A stretch of DNA of 64,000 nt from Candidatus Saccharimonadota bacterium. Lineage in GTDB: Bacteria; Patescibacteriota; Saccharimonadia; UBA4664. The stretch is from NCBI GenBank assembly GCA_019352195.1, contig JACAFG010000001.1:130485-194484 (forward strand). The letters are read 5' to 3'. Shown piece by piece: positions 30,110 through 40,436 of the stretch. A program made the translations under genes and the position numbers. The notes under the pieces were generated by a model. It did no database searches. It had not been told where the DNA came from and saw only the letters and a list, made by a program, of their open reading frames with translations. The number at the start of each line of letters is the position of its first letter. Position 1 is the first letter of the stretch.

Positions 30110-30976
30110 ATGGATCACAAAGACCAGCAAAGCCCGCAACCATCCGAACGTGAGGGCTCAGAGCGTAGTAATACCGAAATTGATACCACAAAAGACCTGG
30201 AACGAATGGCTTTGGCCTCTGATTGGGCTCGAGCCGCGCACGACGTAGCCGAAACTACGCAAAACCCCGTCGCACTGCGCCTCGTTAAGAACTTCCTTAC
30301 GGATAGTGCCTTGGGGCATGAGACTCCGAATGGCGTGAGAAAGGTGGCGTCCTCAAGTGATAACCCCCCGAGAGTGGTGTTGGTCCCCGTTCTGCCGGTT
30401 GATTGTGATGTAAACGACCGGACTCGCGCTTAGTTGGCGCATAATGGAGGTCAAGCAGCCGCCTATTATGAAGGATCGCCGGGTTTCGTCTCGCTAAATG
30501 GGCGAGACGCAGTTGATCCTACCTGGAAAGGTATTTTGCTTTTGCACGAATTGGCACACGCAGAAGCGCATGATATGCAGCAGCGCAGGGGTGAAGATTA
30601 TAAAGAATCAGGCTGGTGGGACGAAGAGGTTGAAGTTTTTGCCTTTGAGCATGAGCTTATGGCAAAATTAGGTGGCGAATCATATGAAGTGTATGTAAAC
30701 GAGCAGCTCGAACAGTTTCTAGCAAAATACAATGATAGCGGGGTAGCTACAACAGGAGCTACGATTCCTCAGCTAACCGACGACGATCGCATCGAAGATG
30801 TTTTCGGCCCTAGCCTATCCGAGTGGGAGAGGAAGATCCGTAAAACAGCGGTTTGGTTTGATGTAGTTTATCGCATGTTTGACCGCAAATATGGCGAGCA
30901 CTCCCAACGGGACAAAAGAGGCTTCACAAAGCTTGTGTATGATCTCAACCGTAAAGACCGAGAGATCGAAAATTAA
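30110..30976 (+). pseudogene. Zincin-like (HEXXH) protein interrupted by an in-frame TAG at 30431-30433
   Basis: Contiguous same-frame ORFs; LLHELAH..EE motif in the second. Confidence 0.6.
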
Positions 30977-31074
30977 TGTTTCGATTTGTATCAAATATTT
31001 GAAGAACCCTTAGTTGGAAACTTGAACCTTAGCTCACAACTTAAAGGGCATAGCTAACCCCACCCCCTGGCTCC

Positions 31075-31117
31075 GAGCGTAACCCAGTGCTAACAGACAC
31101 GACAATGCTCCACCAAA
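31075..31117. repeat. att-like repeat 1
   Basis: gagcgtaacccagtgctaacagacacgacaatgctccaccaaa. Confidence 0.9.
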
Positions 31118-31152
31118 GCAAAAACCCGGCCTTGTGCCGGGTTTTTGCTTTG
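31114..31152 (+). terminator. Hairpin directly after att repeat 1
   Basis: caaagcaaaaacccggc / gccgggtttttgctttg. Confidence 0.8.
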
Positions 31153-31350
31153 ATAGTACGATCGGGATCGAATGTCGCGGGTTCGGTGACCGAGCGCCGT
31201 CTCGACGTGACAGTCTTCGAGACGAGGCACGAGAGAGGTGGGGAGGCCGCCTGTGGCAGGCGAGACACATCCCGTTATGCTCCGCCGACGTGCTCATACT
31301 TAAAGCCCCGAAAGGGTCTTTTCGATATAACAGCAAGGCTGGTACGCCTG

Positions 31351-31599
31351 CTAAGCTGCCTTTTCAACTAAGTCTATCCGTTTTTCTACGATATTGTATT
31401 CGGGAGTATGCTCAATGGTGGCCTCTATATCTGGCTGCTCGTGATCGGGAAAAACGACGAACCTTGCAATGTCCTTCGTAATTCTTTGGTACTCATCGAT
31501 ACGAAGTGGTATCACTCTGCCACAGTTAAGATCGGAGCATTCGCATCTAAAGTTTAGGGTTATGCTCTTGCCCGTGTCGCCCGGTGCTATTTCTTTCAC
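31351..31599 (-). CDS. Small putative Zn-binding protein (CEC..C...H); true start uncertain
   Basis: FRCECSDLNC and PDHE motifs; frame is open a little further upstream (ENEFILQSRND). Confidence 0.65.
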   Translation of the reverse strand: MKEIAPGDTGKSITLNFRCECSDLNCGRVIPLRIDEYQRITKDIARFVVFPDHEQPDIEATIEHTPEYNIVEKRIDLVEKAA

Positions 31600-31783
31600 T
31601 TTGTCAGCGAGTGAATCATTTCGACTCTGTAAGATAAACTCGTTTTCAGTCCACCTTATACCCCCCTATTTAGTGACGACTATATTAACACAAACATAAA
31701 CATAAACATAAACCATAAGCCTTAGCTTTGTCAGCTTTGATGGCGACAATCACGGAGCATGGCTAACTTCAATCTCCGCCTCT

Positions 31784-31826
31784 GAGCGTAACCCAGTGCT
31801 AACAGACACGGCAATGCTCCACCAAA
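31784..31826. repeat. att-like repeat 2 (42/43 identical to repeat 1)
   Basis: gagcgtaacccagtgctaacagacacggcaatgctccaccaaa. Confidence 0.9.
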
Positions 31827-32073
31827 ATATCTTATTTGTACGCCTATGAGGCTAATAACGCGTCCACTCGACACAAGCACCGCATTGCCGGTGCTTGTGT
31901 TTTGTTGTGTGGTTGAGGCGTAAGCGGGTTCGAGTCTCCTAAGGTCTCTTAAATACATTTGAGCGAAACCAGGTAGTGGCATAAATATGACACAATTTGC
32001 CTGGACTGATTAGGACATCTCTGTTATAAGATGTTCAGTTCTTACTCGTTCTTTTACAACCAGGAGTGAAACC

Positions 32074-32844
32074 ATGACTACGCCCGACAGGATCCGCCCT
32101 CGTTCGCTGGTTACGGCCGGCCGCAAGCCGCTTATTGTTCGTACGGCTAGCGGCCAGCTCGCCACGCCGAAGCCAGGCGAACGCATTACCCTGGATGATG
32201 CCAAGAGGCTGGTGGATGTCGTTTTTGCATTCGACACGACCGGCTCCATGTCCAGCAAGCTTCAGGGCTTGCAAAATTGTATGGCGGAGTTCATCCAGGA
32301 AATCGTCAAATTTCTGCTGGACTGGCAGTTCTCCCTCGTACCCTTCGGAGACCTAACGGTCCCCGGCGACAAGATCGTCGACAATCTTCCGTTCGTCAAC
32401 GATGCGGAGGCGGCAATCCGGATGATCCGGAGCGCTCCGCACTTCAGCGGCGGCAGCAATACCGGTGAATCTTCGCTCGAAGCGATGCAGGCGGCGATGT
32501 TCAAGCCGTACCGCAAGGGTGCGGTCAAGGTGATCGTTTTGCTAACTGATGAGCCTCCTCTCACGAGTCGGCAGCTCACGACCGAGGTGATCAATCTGCA
32601 GCTGCAGCAAAGGGAGTTCATCTGCTTTGTGGCTTCACCGTCTGGCCACGGCTATGAGGCCTTGGCCCACGACAACGGCGGCAAGTGGTACCCCATCGGG
32701 AGTTCCCTCAACACGGCCGACCTGCTGCAGTTCCTTCGCCAGCTACTCAAGAATGTCTCGCGGGTGTCCAATGACGTCCACCGCTTAGGCTGGGGATCCG
32801 TGGCTCGCTATCTTGCCAATCCTGATCGCAAAGTCCTGGAATAG
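32074..32844 (+). CDS. vWA domain protein
   Basis: DTTGSMS MIDAS, GGSN.GES and LLTDEPP. Confidence 0.9.
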   Translation: MTTPDRIRPRSLVTAGRKPLIVRTASGQLATPKPGERITLDDAKRLVDVVFAFDTTGSMSSKLQGLQNCMAEFIQEIVKFLLDWQFSLVPFGDLTVPGDKIVDNLPFVNDAEAAIRMIRSAPHFSGGSNTGESSLEAMQAAMFKPYRKGAVKVIVLLTDEPPLTSRQLTTEVINLQLQQREFICFVASPSGHGYEALAHDNGGKWYPIGSSLNTADLLQFLRQLLKNVSRVSNDVHRLGWGSVARYLANPDRKVLE

Positions 32845-32853
32845 GAGGCCTCG

Positions 32854-33777
32854 ATGTCCGTCCGCGCCAACAACCCTAACGCTGATTTCTATGTGCGGCT
32901 CGAGGTTGACGAAGACTGCACATCAGATCAGCTCAAGGCGTCCTATCGCAGGCTCGCCCACAAGTTGCACCCCGACACCAACCCCGACCCAGTTGCAGCC
33001 GAACAATTTAAGCTTGTCTGCTTGGCTTACGAAACGCTCGGTGACCCAAGTCGCCGGGCAGAATACGACCAACTGCGACAAGATCATTATCTCTCACAGC
33101 CGCCAATCCTCCGTCTCAGCGAAGTTTCGGTGGACTTTGGTTCGGTCCGGGCCGGAGAGAAAGTAGACCGGGTCGTATACATCTACAACGATGGCGGCGA
33201 TGGGGTGGGCGAGAATCTGGAGTGCACCACCTCCCCGATCTCAGGACCGTTTTGGCTTGTCGACGTTGCGGGGTTGGACGATTCTGATCCGGCCGACGCG
33301 ATTGGCAAGCTTGTGTTTACGACGGCGGTCGGCGCGAACGAGTTAGCTAGTGCGATCCAGCAGGAGATCCTGATCCACCTCATCAGTCGCCCTGACGTTT
33401 CTTCCCGGACTCTCGGATTGAAGGCAGAAGTAATTGAATCGCTTCGAGTAGCCCCCGCTTCATTTGGTGCCGTCACTTTCGACCATGCGACCGGGGTATC
33501 AGGTACTTCTCGAGACGGGACTTCGGCTCCGTATCGCCCTTATGTACGCTCCGGGACGTCGGCAACATCAGAAGCGCCTCGAATGATAACCGCACTCGTG
33601 GCGTGCTTGGCATACATCTGCGGACCATTCTTAACTATCTACTACGTCGTCAACGGAGGACATGCATCAGCGCCCATGCACAGTGCATGGCAAGGCCTGG
33701 TGACCTGGTGTTGCTTCGGTTGGCTGACTTCGTGTTTCTTGGTTGTCCCGATTATCTGGGAGTACATCGTCGATTAG
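32854..33777 (+). CDS. J-domain (DnaJ-like) membrane protein
   Basis: FY..LEV, LHPD and AYETLGDPSRRAEYD; Ig-like middle region; 2 C-terminal TMs. Confidence 0.88.
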   Translation: MSVRANNPNADFYVRLEVDEDCTSDQLKASYRRLAHKLHPDTNPDPVAAEQFKLVCLAYETLGDPSRRAEYDQLRQDHYLSQPPILRLSEVSVDFGSVRAGEKVDRVVYIYNDGGDGVGENLECTTSPISGPFWLVDVAGLDDSDPADAIGKLVFTTAVGANELASAIQQEILIHLISRPDVSSRTLGLKAEVIESLRVAPASFGAVTFDHATGVSGTSRDGTSAPYRPYVRSGTSATSEAPRMITALVACLAYICGPFLTIYYVVNGGHASAPMHSAWQGLVTWCCFGWLTSCFLVVPIIWEYIVD

Positions 33778-34001
33778 GAGCCACGTACGGCACTTCTAGG
33801 CTGTCCTGCCCGTCCTTGTGAGGCAGCTCATCCATGATTAAGAGTTGGCGAGTGCAGGTGGCTGGGTGAGCCAGGGGCATCCGGAACATCCCATCAACTC
33901 ATCTGCCACGTTAGATTAAGGCCCCCGGCGCTACGGCGTCGGGGGCCTATTACATGCAGAAGAAGATACTCGGTTCTGCGCCTGGCCAACTCCCGCTTCG
34001 C

Positions 34002-34043
34002 AGCGCAACGCAGTGCTAACAGAGCACACGATGCTCCACCAAA
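34002..34043. repeat. att-like repeat 3 (diverged)
   Basis: agcgcaacgcagtgctaacagagcacacgatgctccaccaaa; same spacing as repeats 1 and 2. Confidence 0.85.
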
Positions 34044-34045
34044 AT

Positions 34046-34079
34046 AAACACCCGAGCCCCAACCTCGGGTGTTTCTTTT
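34046..34079 (+). terminator. Terminator after att repeat 3
   Basis: aaacacccgag / ctcgggtgttt stem with T tract. Confidence 0.8.
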
Positions 34080-34117
34080 GGTTTCAGAGCCATAAATACT
34101 CCTGTACAATATCGCTT

Positions 34118-34603
34118 ATGGATAATACCCCGTTAGTTGACCAGTTGCGTGGCTACGCTCGCCGCGGTGTCAGCTTCGCCGTTGCTCGCGACGCGCTAGG
34201 TCAGGCCGGATGGAGCCAAGCCGAAATCGAGGCTGCAGCTGAGCAGTTTCCGTATGATTTAGTTCAACATGGTGCCGACGTAGATGGAGACGCCAATTCA
34301 TCGAGTGAGGCAGCTGCTATGGCACTGGGCGTCGCAGCCTTAAACGATCAGCGCAGTGATGCGCGTGATGTAGCTATTGCAGATGGTTTGGATGGCGGCA
34401 TGGGACCTGATCTCCAGTCGCAAAGTTATTACGAATCGAAGTTTTATGATGACATCGGTATTCCTTGGTACGTCTGGATCGGCGTACAGTTTGGTATAGG
34501 CGCTTTAGCTTATGTCCTGAATTTGCCAGGCTGGGTTACAGTAGTAGCCGTCGTATGGCTCGCAGCATATACCCTCTATAAGGCATACCAGCGCTTCCAT
34601 TGA
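34118..34603 (+). CDS. Hypothetical membrane protein
   Basis: L.QAGWSQAEIEAA N-terminal motif; 2 C-terminal TMs. Confidence 0.65.
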   Translation: MDNTPLVDQLRGYARRGVSFAVARDALGQAGWSQAEIEAAAEQFPYDLVQHGADVDGDANSSSEAAAMALGVAALNDQRSDARDVAIADGLDGGMGPDLQSQSYYESKFYDDIGIPWYVWIGVQFGIGALAYVLNLPGWVTVVAVVWLAAYTLYKAYQRFH

Positions 34604-34848
34604 CGTTGATAGAATTTAGATGTGTTATTAGACCACGCTGAATTGTGTGTCTGGATAAGATTAGTTTGTATAGTACAGCGCTATCAGAACATATAATGCT
34701 CTACCATTGAGTACTGATTATGCTAACTGTACTTTTCTCAAGGCTGAAATAGTGCTTCTAATATAATCACTCGTTTCTCAGCTAACTATAAGCTTAGAAA
34801 TTGAAGATGCCGATTATTTAGACCTTACTGTGCATCTGTAGGCGCGGT

Positions 34849-35253
34849 CTAAAGATCTGGGCCAGCGAACTCTTGACGGGCGGACTGGTTAATTTCTTGA
34901 AGCGCCCAAGTATTTCCATCGGGGTCAGCGAAATAAGCGTATTTTACTCCGCCGCCCATATCGTTGATGTCGCTGATGCTAAGGCCACGGTTTGCTAATT
35001 GGTCATGCATGACGTTTATATCTTCAACTACGAGATGTGTATTTCGAACAATGCCGTCTTTAGGATTCAAGCCCATGCCAGTTCCGATTACAATCGAGCA
35101 GGCCGATCCTGGTGGGGTCAGCTGGACGACTCTAAGACCGTTTCCGGGCTCTACATCGTGATCGACATGAAAACCAAGCGTGTTTGCGTAAAACGATTTG
35201 CTCTTGTCGACATCAGATACCGGGATAGAGACCAACTCAAGCTTCATGTTCAT
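34849..35253 (-). CDS. VOC/glyoxalase family protein
   Basis: IPVSDVDKSKSFY..LGF and FADPDGNTWALQE. Confidence 0.9.
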   Translation of the reverse strand: MNMKLELVSIPVSDVDKSKSFYANTLGFHVDHDVEPGNGLRVVQLTPPGSACSIVIGTGMGLNPKDGIVRNTHLVVEDINVMHDQLANRGLSISDINDMGGGVKYAYFADPDGNTWALQEINQSARQEFAGPDL

Positions 35254-35482
35254 GAAAATTCCTACTTAGGTTAAGTTAGTTATGAATGGTACCATTCGGG
35301 CGAAATTGAATCTATTTCGATTTTCGTAATAATCCAACGCACGGTGTATAGCTACAGCTTGAACCGCCATGGCGCCAAGCTCGATGATGCTTCTTTTGAA
35401 GACGACCATACTGAGCGATCATCCATAGCAACCGTAATAAATCATCATTCCACCAAGCCAACCGAAGGCACGGGCCTCAATG

Positions 35483-36103
35483 CTACGAAGTTTTGGCACA
35501 ACCATGCAGGAGCACGCCCTTAGTTTGCCGTTCCGCACTGCCGCCAGGAGCTGCGACACCTAGGGTTTGTCCAACGCTCACTGGCGTCGTGAATTGACAC
35601 GTCACCGCGTAGGGGCGCCCCGTGACAAACGTAGCCAGTGTCACACCGTTGTTTTGCTGCGTGCTAGCTACAGTGGCCGTGAACAGGACCGTAGCATCGC
35701 CATAGCTGCTGTAAAAGCCGTCTTGCTGCATGGCATCGGCTAGTTGCGCCACACTAACCTGTTGAATACCCTGAGTCCGTCGCGCGTGCAAATTACCAAC
35801 CCAAAACGAAGCAATGTTACCGATCACCAGGGCAGCAATAACGCCACCGATGATAATTTTAAGATTCCGGCCCATATTCATGTCAACCCCATTCGTTAAA
35901 TGTTCTTTGGCGGCGCTCGCCGGTAAGTCTACGAGTGCCCGGCCCCAAATAGCCATTCGTGCCAGGTGATTTGGTTCGCCGGCCAACATATCGTCAAAGG
36001 TTTGCGTCATTGGTTGGGCATAGCGTTTTCGGTAGCGAGTAGGGTAGAGATAAAGCAATTTACCGTAGATCTCGCCAGACCGTCGGCTAGATAGTTGTGC
36101 CAT
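35483..36103 (-). CDS. Membrane protein, partner of a PadR regulator
   Basis: LLYLYP.RYRKRY..M...F N-terminal motif typical of PadR-adjacent proteins; TM. Confidence 0.7.
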   Translation of the reverse strand: MAQLSSRRSGEIYGKLLYLYPTRYRKRYAQPMTQTFDDMLAGEPNHLARMAIWGRALVDLPASAAKEHLTNGVDMNMGRNLKIIIGGVIAALVIGNIASFWVGNLHARRTQGIQQVSVAQLADAMQQDGFYSSYGDATVLFTATVASTQQNNGVTLATFVTGRPYAVTCQFTTPVSVGQTLGVAAPGGSAERQTKGVLLHGCAKTS

Positions 36104-36428
36104 ATCCAATCTCCAAGATGCGGCGTTCGCGCGCCAGTTCGACACTGGTCCGGTAATACGCAACCTCATGACCGAGAACCTTCTTACCAGCCTCAGTCAG
36201 TCGGTAGTAACGCCGACGGATATCTTCGGTGTGCTCAACCTCCTTAATGAGGCCTTGTTCATTGAGCTGCTTAATACTGGTGTACAGCGCGCCGGGGCTT
36301 AATTTTATTTTGCCGTCACTATCCTCAGTTATTTGTTTGATAATTTCATAGCCGTGCCGTTCCTTAAGGCTCAGCGCCAGCAAAATCCCAAACGCAACTT
36401 GGGGTAATTGGTTGTAGATTCGTTTCAT
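36087..36428 (-). CDS. PadR family transcriptional regulator
   Basis: HGYEI, PGALY and RRRYYRLTEAG. Confidence 0.92.
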   Translation of the reverse strand: MKRIYNQLPQVAFGILLALSLKERHGYEIIKQITEDSDGKIKLSPGALYTSIKQLNEQGLIKEVEHTEDIRRRYYRLTEAGKKVLGHEVAYYRTSVELARERRILEIGYGTTI

Positions 36429-36533
36429 TCTTTGAGAATATATCTAACTTAGTATTACGTCAAATTTAGATATAGTTAATGTGTTCGTTCTAAACTGCTA
36501 ATGGTATATTATTGCTCTAGAAAAGGATGATGC

Positions 36534-36758
36534 ATGCAGCTGTTTGCCAAAAACAAATACGCCATTGGTGTGTTAGTCGGCGTCGCGGTACTTAGTTACG
36601 GCTTATATCTCATGCGCTACGGCGTTCAATACCCAAGCCTCAGTTTCACCGTTCTCGGGATCATAATTGCGGGCTTATTTGCGGTGCTGGCAGCCAAACA
36701 AGAGCATAACGGGGCCGCTAAGAGGGCCTCAAAGTGTTTGCCGCGCTGGGAATCGTAG
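36534..36758 (+). CDS. Small membrane protein
   Basis: RBS aaagga; 2 TMs; possibly frameshifted at the 3' end. Confidence 0.45.
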   Translation: MQLFAKNKYAIGVLVGVAVLSYGLYLMRYGVQYPSLSFTVLGIIIAGLFAVLAAKQEHNGAAKRASKCLPRWES

Positions 36759-36919
36759 CCATTATTGCTGCCGTTATACTATTGCGACTGCTGTGGAATG
36801 TAGCTAGCCAATTGCACTAGCATGAGCAGATGATTCGGTCGTAACCGGGTCCAACGCAATAGAAAAGTGCCCGTCAACAATCTGACGGGCACTTTCGGAT
36901 AGATGTTAGTGGCTGCCCC

Positions 36920-37672
36920 TTAACAGCCTGAGCACTTGTCGAACGCTACCCCAACAAAGCCGTGGATGCTGGCGTTCTCGGGCAGATCGGCGCGCCGGAT
37001 GGTGACGTCGGCAAGACCGCTAAAGACATTTGCCTTCGCGGCCACCAACTCCGGGAGTGCCCGCTGCATGGTTTGGCGCGGATCCTCGTTGCTCTGCGGA
37101 CGCCAGTGCTCCATGAAGGCAATCGGTTTGGGATCGAGAAAGTACTGACGCAAATCGTCGGCCGCTTCTGCCGGAGACGCTTCCAGATAGATAACGAAGC
37201 AGGTCTCGTACAACTGGCGCAGAATTTCCCCCTTGGTATGAGCCGCGTCTTGGATGAGCGGTAAACTGCCCGTTGAGTCGACTACGATATTGCCGGGTAC
37301 GCCGCTGTGAAACTCATCGAGGATGCCGAGGACGGCTTGAGTTTCGAGTTGGATGTAGCGTGCTTCGTGCGCGGCGTATCGCTCGTCCCAGGGCTGTCCC
37401 ATCCATTTGGAGACGCCGCCGATGCCGGTGTAGCCCAGCGCATCCAGTTCGGGGCGCAGTCGCTCTTCGATGATGTCATCGATGCCGACTACCCGGAACG
37501 GGTATTGCATGTCGAGTTCGGCAAACTTACGGCTCCAATACGATTTGCCTTGGCCCGACGGACCAACGAGTAGGATGCGGGCTTGGCCGCGCTTGATGTC
37601 GAGCAACAGCTGCTCACGAGACAACAACATGAACGGGCTCCTAACCAGACGGTGAACACGGACTTTGAACAA
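36920..37672 (-). CDS. Shikimate/nucleotide kinase-like P-loop protein
   Basis: LVGPSGQGKS, DSTGS and VIYLEA; GC-rich. Confidence 0.75.
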   Translation of the reverse strand: MFKVRVHRLVRSPFMLLSREQLLLDIKRGQARILLVGPSGQGKSYWSRKFAELDMQYPFRVVGIDDIIEERLRPELDALGYTGIGGVSKWMGQPWDERYAAHEARYIQLETQAVLGILDEFHSGVPGNIVVDSTGSLPLIQDAAHTKGEILRQLYETCFVIYLEASPAEAADDLRQYFLDPKPIAFMEHWRPQSNEDPRQTMQRALPELVAAKANVFSGLADVTIRRADLPENASIHGFVGVAFDKCSGC

Positions 37673-37753
37673 ACGCTATTATGACATACCAACCTGGGTT
37701 ATACGAGTAATTGGCGAACTAGCTAGCTGATCTAGCCGTGCTAGTATCAAATA

Positions 37754-38299
37754 ATGGATTCCACCCAGATAGATTTGCTTGAATCTATTTTAGTCAAAAC
37801 CAGGACAATTATTGCCGGCGTACGTCTAGGGCAACTGCAGCTGCCAACACCGTGCCCGCAGTACACGGTAGAGGCGCTCGTGAGTCATACGCTTAGTTGG
37901 CTCAATAAGTTTGCCGTTGAAGCCGCTGACCCGGGCGCCGAAATTGATCCGGCCCATTATGTTTTACCAACGAATGCTGCCTCCGACTTTCATTTGCATG
38001 CGGACCAGCTCGTAACAGCACTTCGCCAACGCCCAAACCATTCGCCGGCTGGCAGTATGCTCCTCATCGAATATATTGTTCATGGTTGGGATATCGCTGT
38101 TGCCACGGCTCAACCCGTCACGTACTCCGACAGTGAAGCGGGCGCCGCGCTCACAGTTGCCCACGCCATTATGAGGCCGGAATATCGAGGCCCGAACAGC
38201 GTTTTTGGTTACAAAGTTACACCACCGCCGCACGCTGGCATCACTGAACAATTAGTTGCTTTTATGGGCCGAAGTCCCCGGTGGACACCAAAAACTTAG
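37754..38299 (+). CDS. TIGR03086/MDMPI-like metal-binding protein
   Basis: PTPCPQYTV..LVSH, E..VHGWDIAVAT and LVAFMGRSP. Confidence 0.85.
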   Translation: MDSTQIDLLESILVKTRTIIAGVRLGQLQLPTPCPQYTVEALVSHTLSWLNKFAVEAADPGAEIDPAHYVLPTNAASDFHLHADQLVTALRQRPNHSPAGSMLLIEYIVHGWDIAVATAQPVTYSDSEAGAALTVAHAIMRPEYRGPNSVFGYKVTPPPHAGITEQLVAFMGRSPRWTPKT

Positions 38300-38377
38300 C
38301 CTCTAGAAATCTTTTCCCATTGCGCTAATGCCCGTAGTCTGGTTTGATCGAGAGTAGTATTTACGAAGGACACCATT

Positions 38378-38890
38378 ATGGCTAAAGACGCCAAAGATTC
38401 AAAAGAGAAATCATCAGACAAAATTGAAAGCAAAGTCAGCGAAGTAAAAGAAACCAAGGAAGCAACAGTTTCTACCGCTGCACCTAAGGGTGATTGGGCC
38501 ATCGAGCGCACCGCCTCGCACCACTATTCGGACATGGCCAAAATTTCGGCTGGATTGTTTATTGGCGTGTTAGCGCTCATGGTGTTCTTGCTCAGCGTTG
38601 GCTTGCAACACCCAAAGCCGCTTATCCGTGACTTCCTCTACATTGCGCTCGTCGCGCTTGGTCTTAACCTGTTGTTTTACCAGCTAGGTCAAATTATGGA
38701 GGCCGCTGCCATTGCCAAGTCTAAGACTTCAGCGGATGGCGCGAAGGCTCGCCACACCCTCGGTGGTGTTCGCATCGTTCAGCAGCTAATTTTTGCGGTC
38801 GCCATCGTAGCTACGGTTGGTTTTGCTATTGCCGCCTCACAGCTGTTCTTTGTCGCCGCCGCAACACAAACCCAGCCTCAAACTCAGTAG
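38378..38890 (+). CDS. Three-TM membrane protein
   Basis: Charged N-terminus, 3 TMs, terminator at about 38900-38936. Confidence 0.7.
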   Translation: MAKDAKDSKEKSSDKIESKVSEVKETKEATVSTAAPKGDWAIERTASHHYSDMAKISAGLFIGVLALMVFLLSVGLQHPKPLIRDFLYIALVALGLNLLFYQLGQIMEAAAIAKSKTSADGAKARHTLGGVRIVQQLIFAVAIVATVGFAIAASQLFFVAAATQTQPQTQ

Positions 38891-38975
38891 TTCTCGCCCA
38901 TTAAAAACCGCCGAGTTCGCTCGGCGGTTTTTTAATGGTTTGAAATATATATTTCTAAATGCAATCATAAGGGTT

Positions 38976-40409
38976 ATGAATAAAGCTTCAACAAAGCTGC
39001 TGGAAAACCGTCGCCAACTGTCACGTAACCAGGCGGTTGGTTTTGTTGCCACTATGTCGATTGTTGGCATTGTGGTGGTGTGGTCTATCTTTGCTTCGGG
39101 TACGCCAATCGCCTTTGAAGCCGAATCCGGTACGTTCTACTATCAGGAAGACTTGGCCAATCAAACCGGCCGTATCTACATTGGCACCGACCCAGCCATG
39201 CAGACCATTGAATTGGCAAAGCGCCCGGTCGCGCTCGTGCTCGGTAATCATCAAGTCTATAACCTCAAAGGTATTGGCTTTCGCCGCTACGCTAGCAATG
39301 AACAGGCCAATCTCACTGTGGGGGCTGTTTATGACAGCGGTAATGGTGGCCTTATCGAAAACGTATCGATGATCCAAAACGCTGGACAGGCATTGGCCGT
39401 CGCGCCCGCCGGCATGACTGTCCACCGCAGCGTGCTAGCGTTTAACGGCTTCAACGGTATGGGCTCCAACGGTCACTCGCAGGGAACAGGTACATATACG
39501 CTCGATAATCTCACCATGGACAGTATCATCGTTAATAACAACAATCTCAAGCACTTCGGTCTGCACTGCACGCTGTCGTGTGCCACCTCAGGCGTAAAAA
39601 TTGCGCACATGAATGGATATTCGGTTAAAAACAGTCTGTTTGAAAACACACAATCCACCGGTGACGGTTTTTGGTGCGACGAAGCCTGTCAAAACGGTGT
39701 CATGGTAAATAACGTTATCCGCGGTAACGGTGGCTCCGGTATCAGCTACCAAGTCTCAACCACCGGTATCGTGGCCTCAAATCTCATCTACAACAACGGA
39801 ACTGGTATTTCGTTTGGCTCCGGCAATTCAAGTATCGTCAATAACACCCTTATCGATTTGTGGCTTTACGATGACGCTCGCAACGCCGAGGATCTCCGCG
39901 GTAGCAATATTGGACCCGATACCCGTGATATGGTGGTCGAAAATAATATCTTTTCCAGTGGTGCCAGCGGCCCCATCACGATCTTCAAAGTCAACCGCTC
40001 TTCCGAGGCGCAGGCCAGTGATCCCAACAACGACAATACCGGACCTAATACTCCGGGTTTCTTCACCAACCTCGACTACAACACTTACTACCGGATTAAT
40101 GGTGGCGGCGGGACGTTGGTAAACTGGGTTGATAACACCACCGGCACCGATGCGGGGGTCACGACTTAGGTTGGCTACAAACCAATCTCGGCCCTTACCG
40201 TGGCGCATGGTTGGGAAAGCCACGGCACATACAGTACTGATACCACCGATCCATTCTTCACTAATCTTGCCGGCGGCGACTATACAGTGAAGTCATCCAG
40301 TGCAGCCTATCATAGCGCTACCACTTTGCCCGATAACGTCGCAGCCGCGCTCGGATTAAGCACCAAAACAGGATACAGTCGTGGTGCCATCACGTGGCCC
40401 GGACAATAA
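38976..40409 (+). pseudogene. Right-handed beta-helix surface protein with an in-frame TAG at 40167-40169
   Basis: Asn/Gly-rich repeats, GFWCDEAC; frame continues past the TAG to DPFFTN..GDY. Confidence 0.65.
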
Positions 40410-40436
40410 TGTATATGTTTGGAAACGCCAGGCGGC

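Noticed and set aside
29909-30139. Possible LSR C-terminal remnant next to tRNA-Ala(GGC)
   Set aside because: Resemblance (LWIDG..ERFG) is faint and interrupted by stops; cannot be supported without an HMM search.
31048-31826. Repeats as classical integron attC sites (GCTAAC/GTTAGC cores)
   Set aside because: No paired inverted R''/R' boxes or extended palindrome, and no IntI. The tRNA 3' end identity explains them better.
31075-34043. Repeats as a CRISPR array
   Set aside because: Spacing is 0.7-2.2 kb with genes in between, the repeats contain the tRNA 3' end, and no cas genes are seen.
30431-40169. Genome-wide TAG recoding or an alternative genetic code
   Set aside because: TAG and TGA terminate conserved genes normally (for example obgE, leuS and rpmF with TAG; ruvX and smc with TGA). 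No suppressor tRNA is seen.
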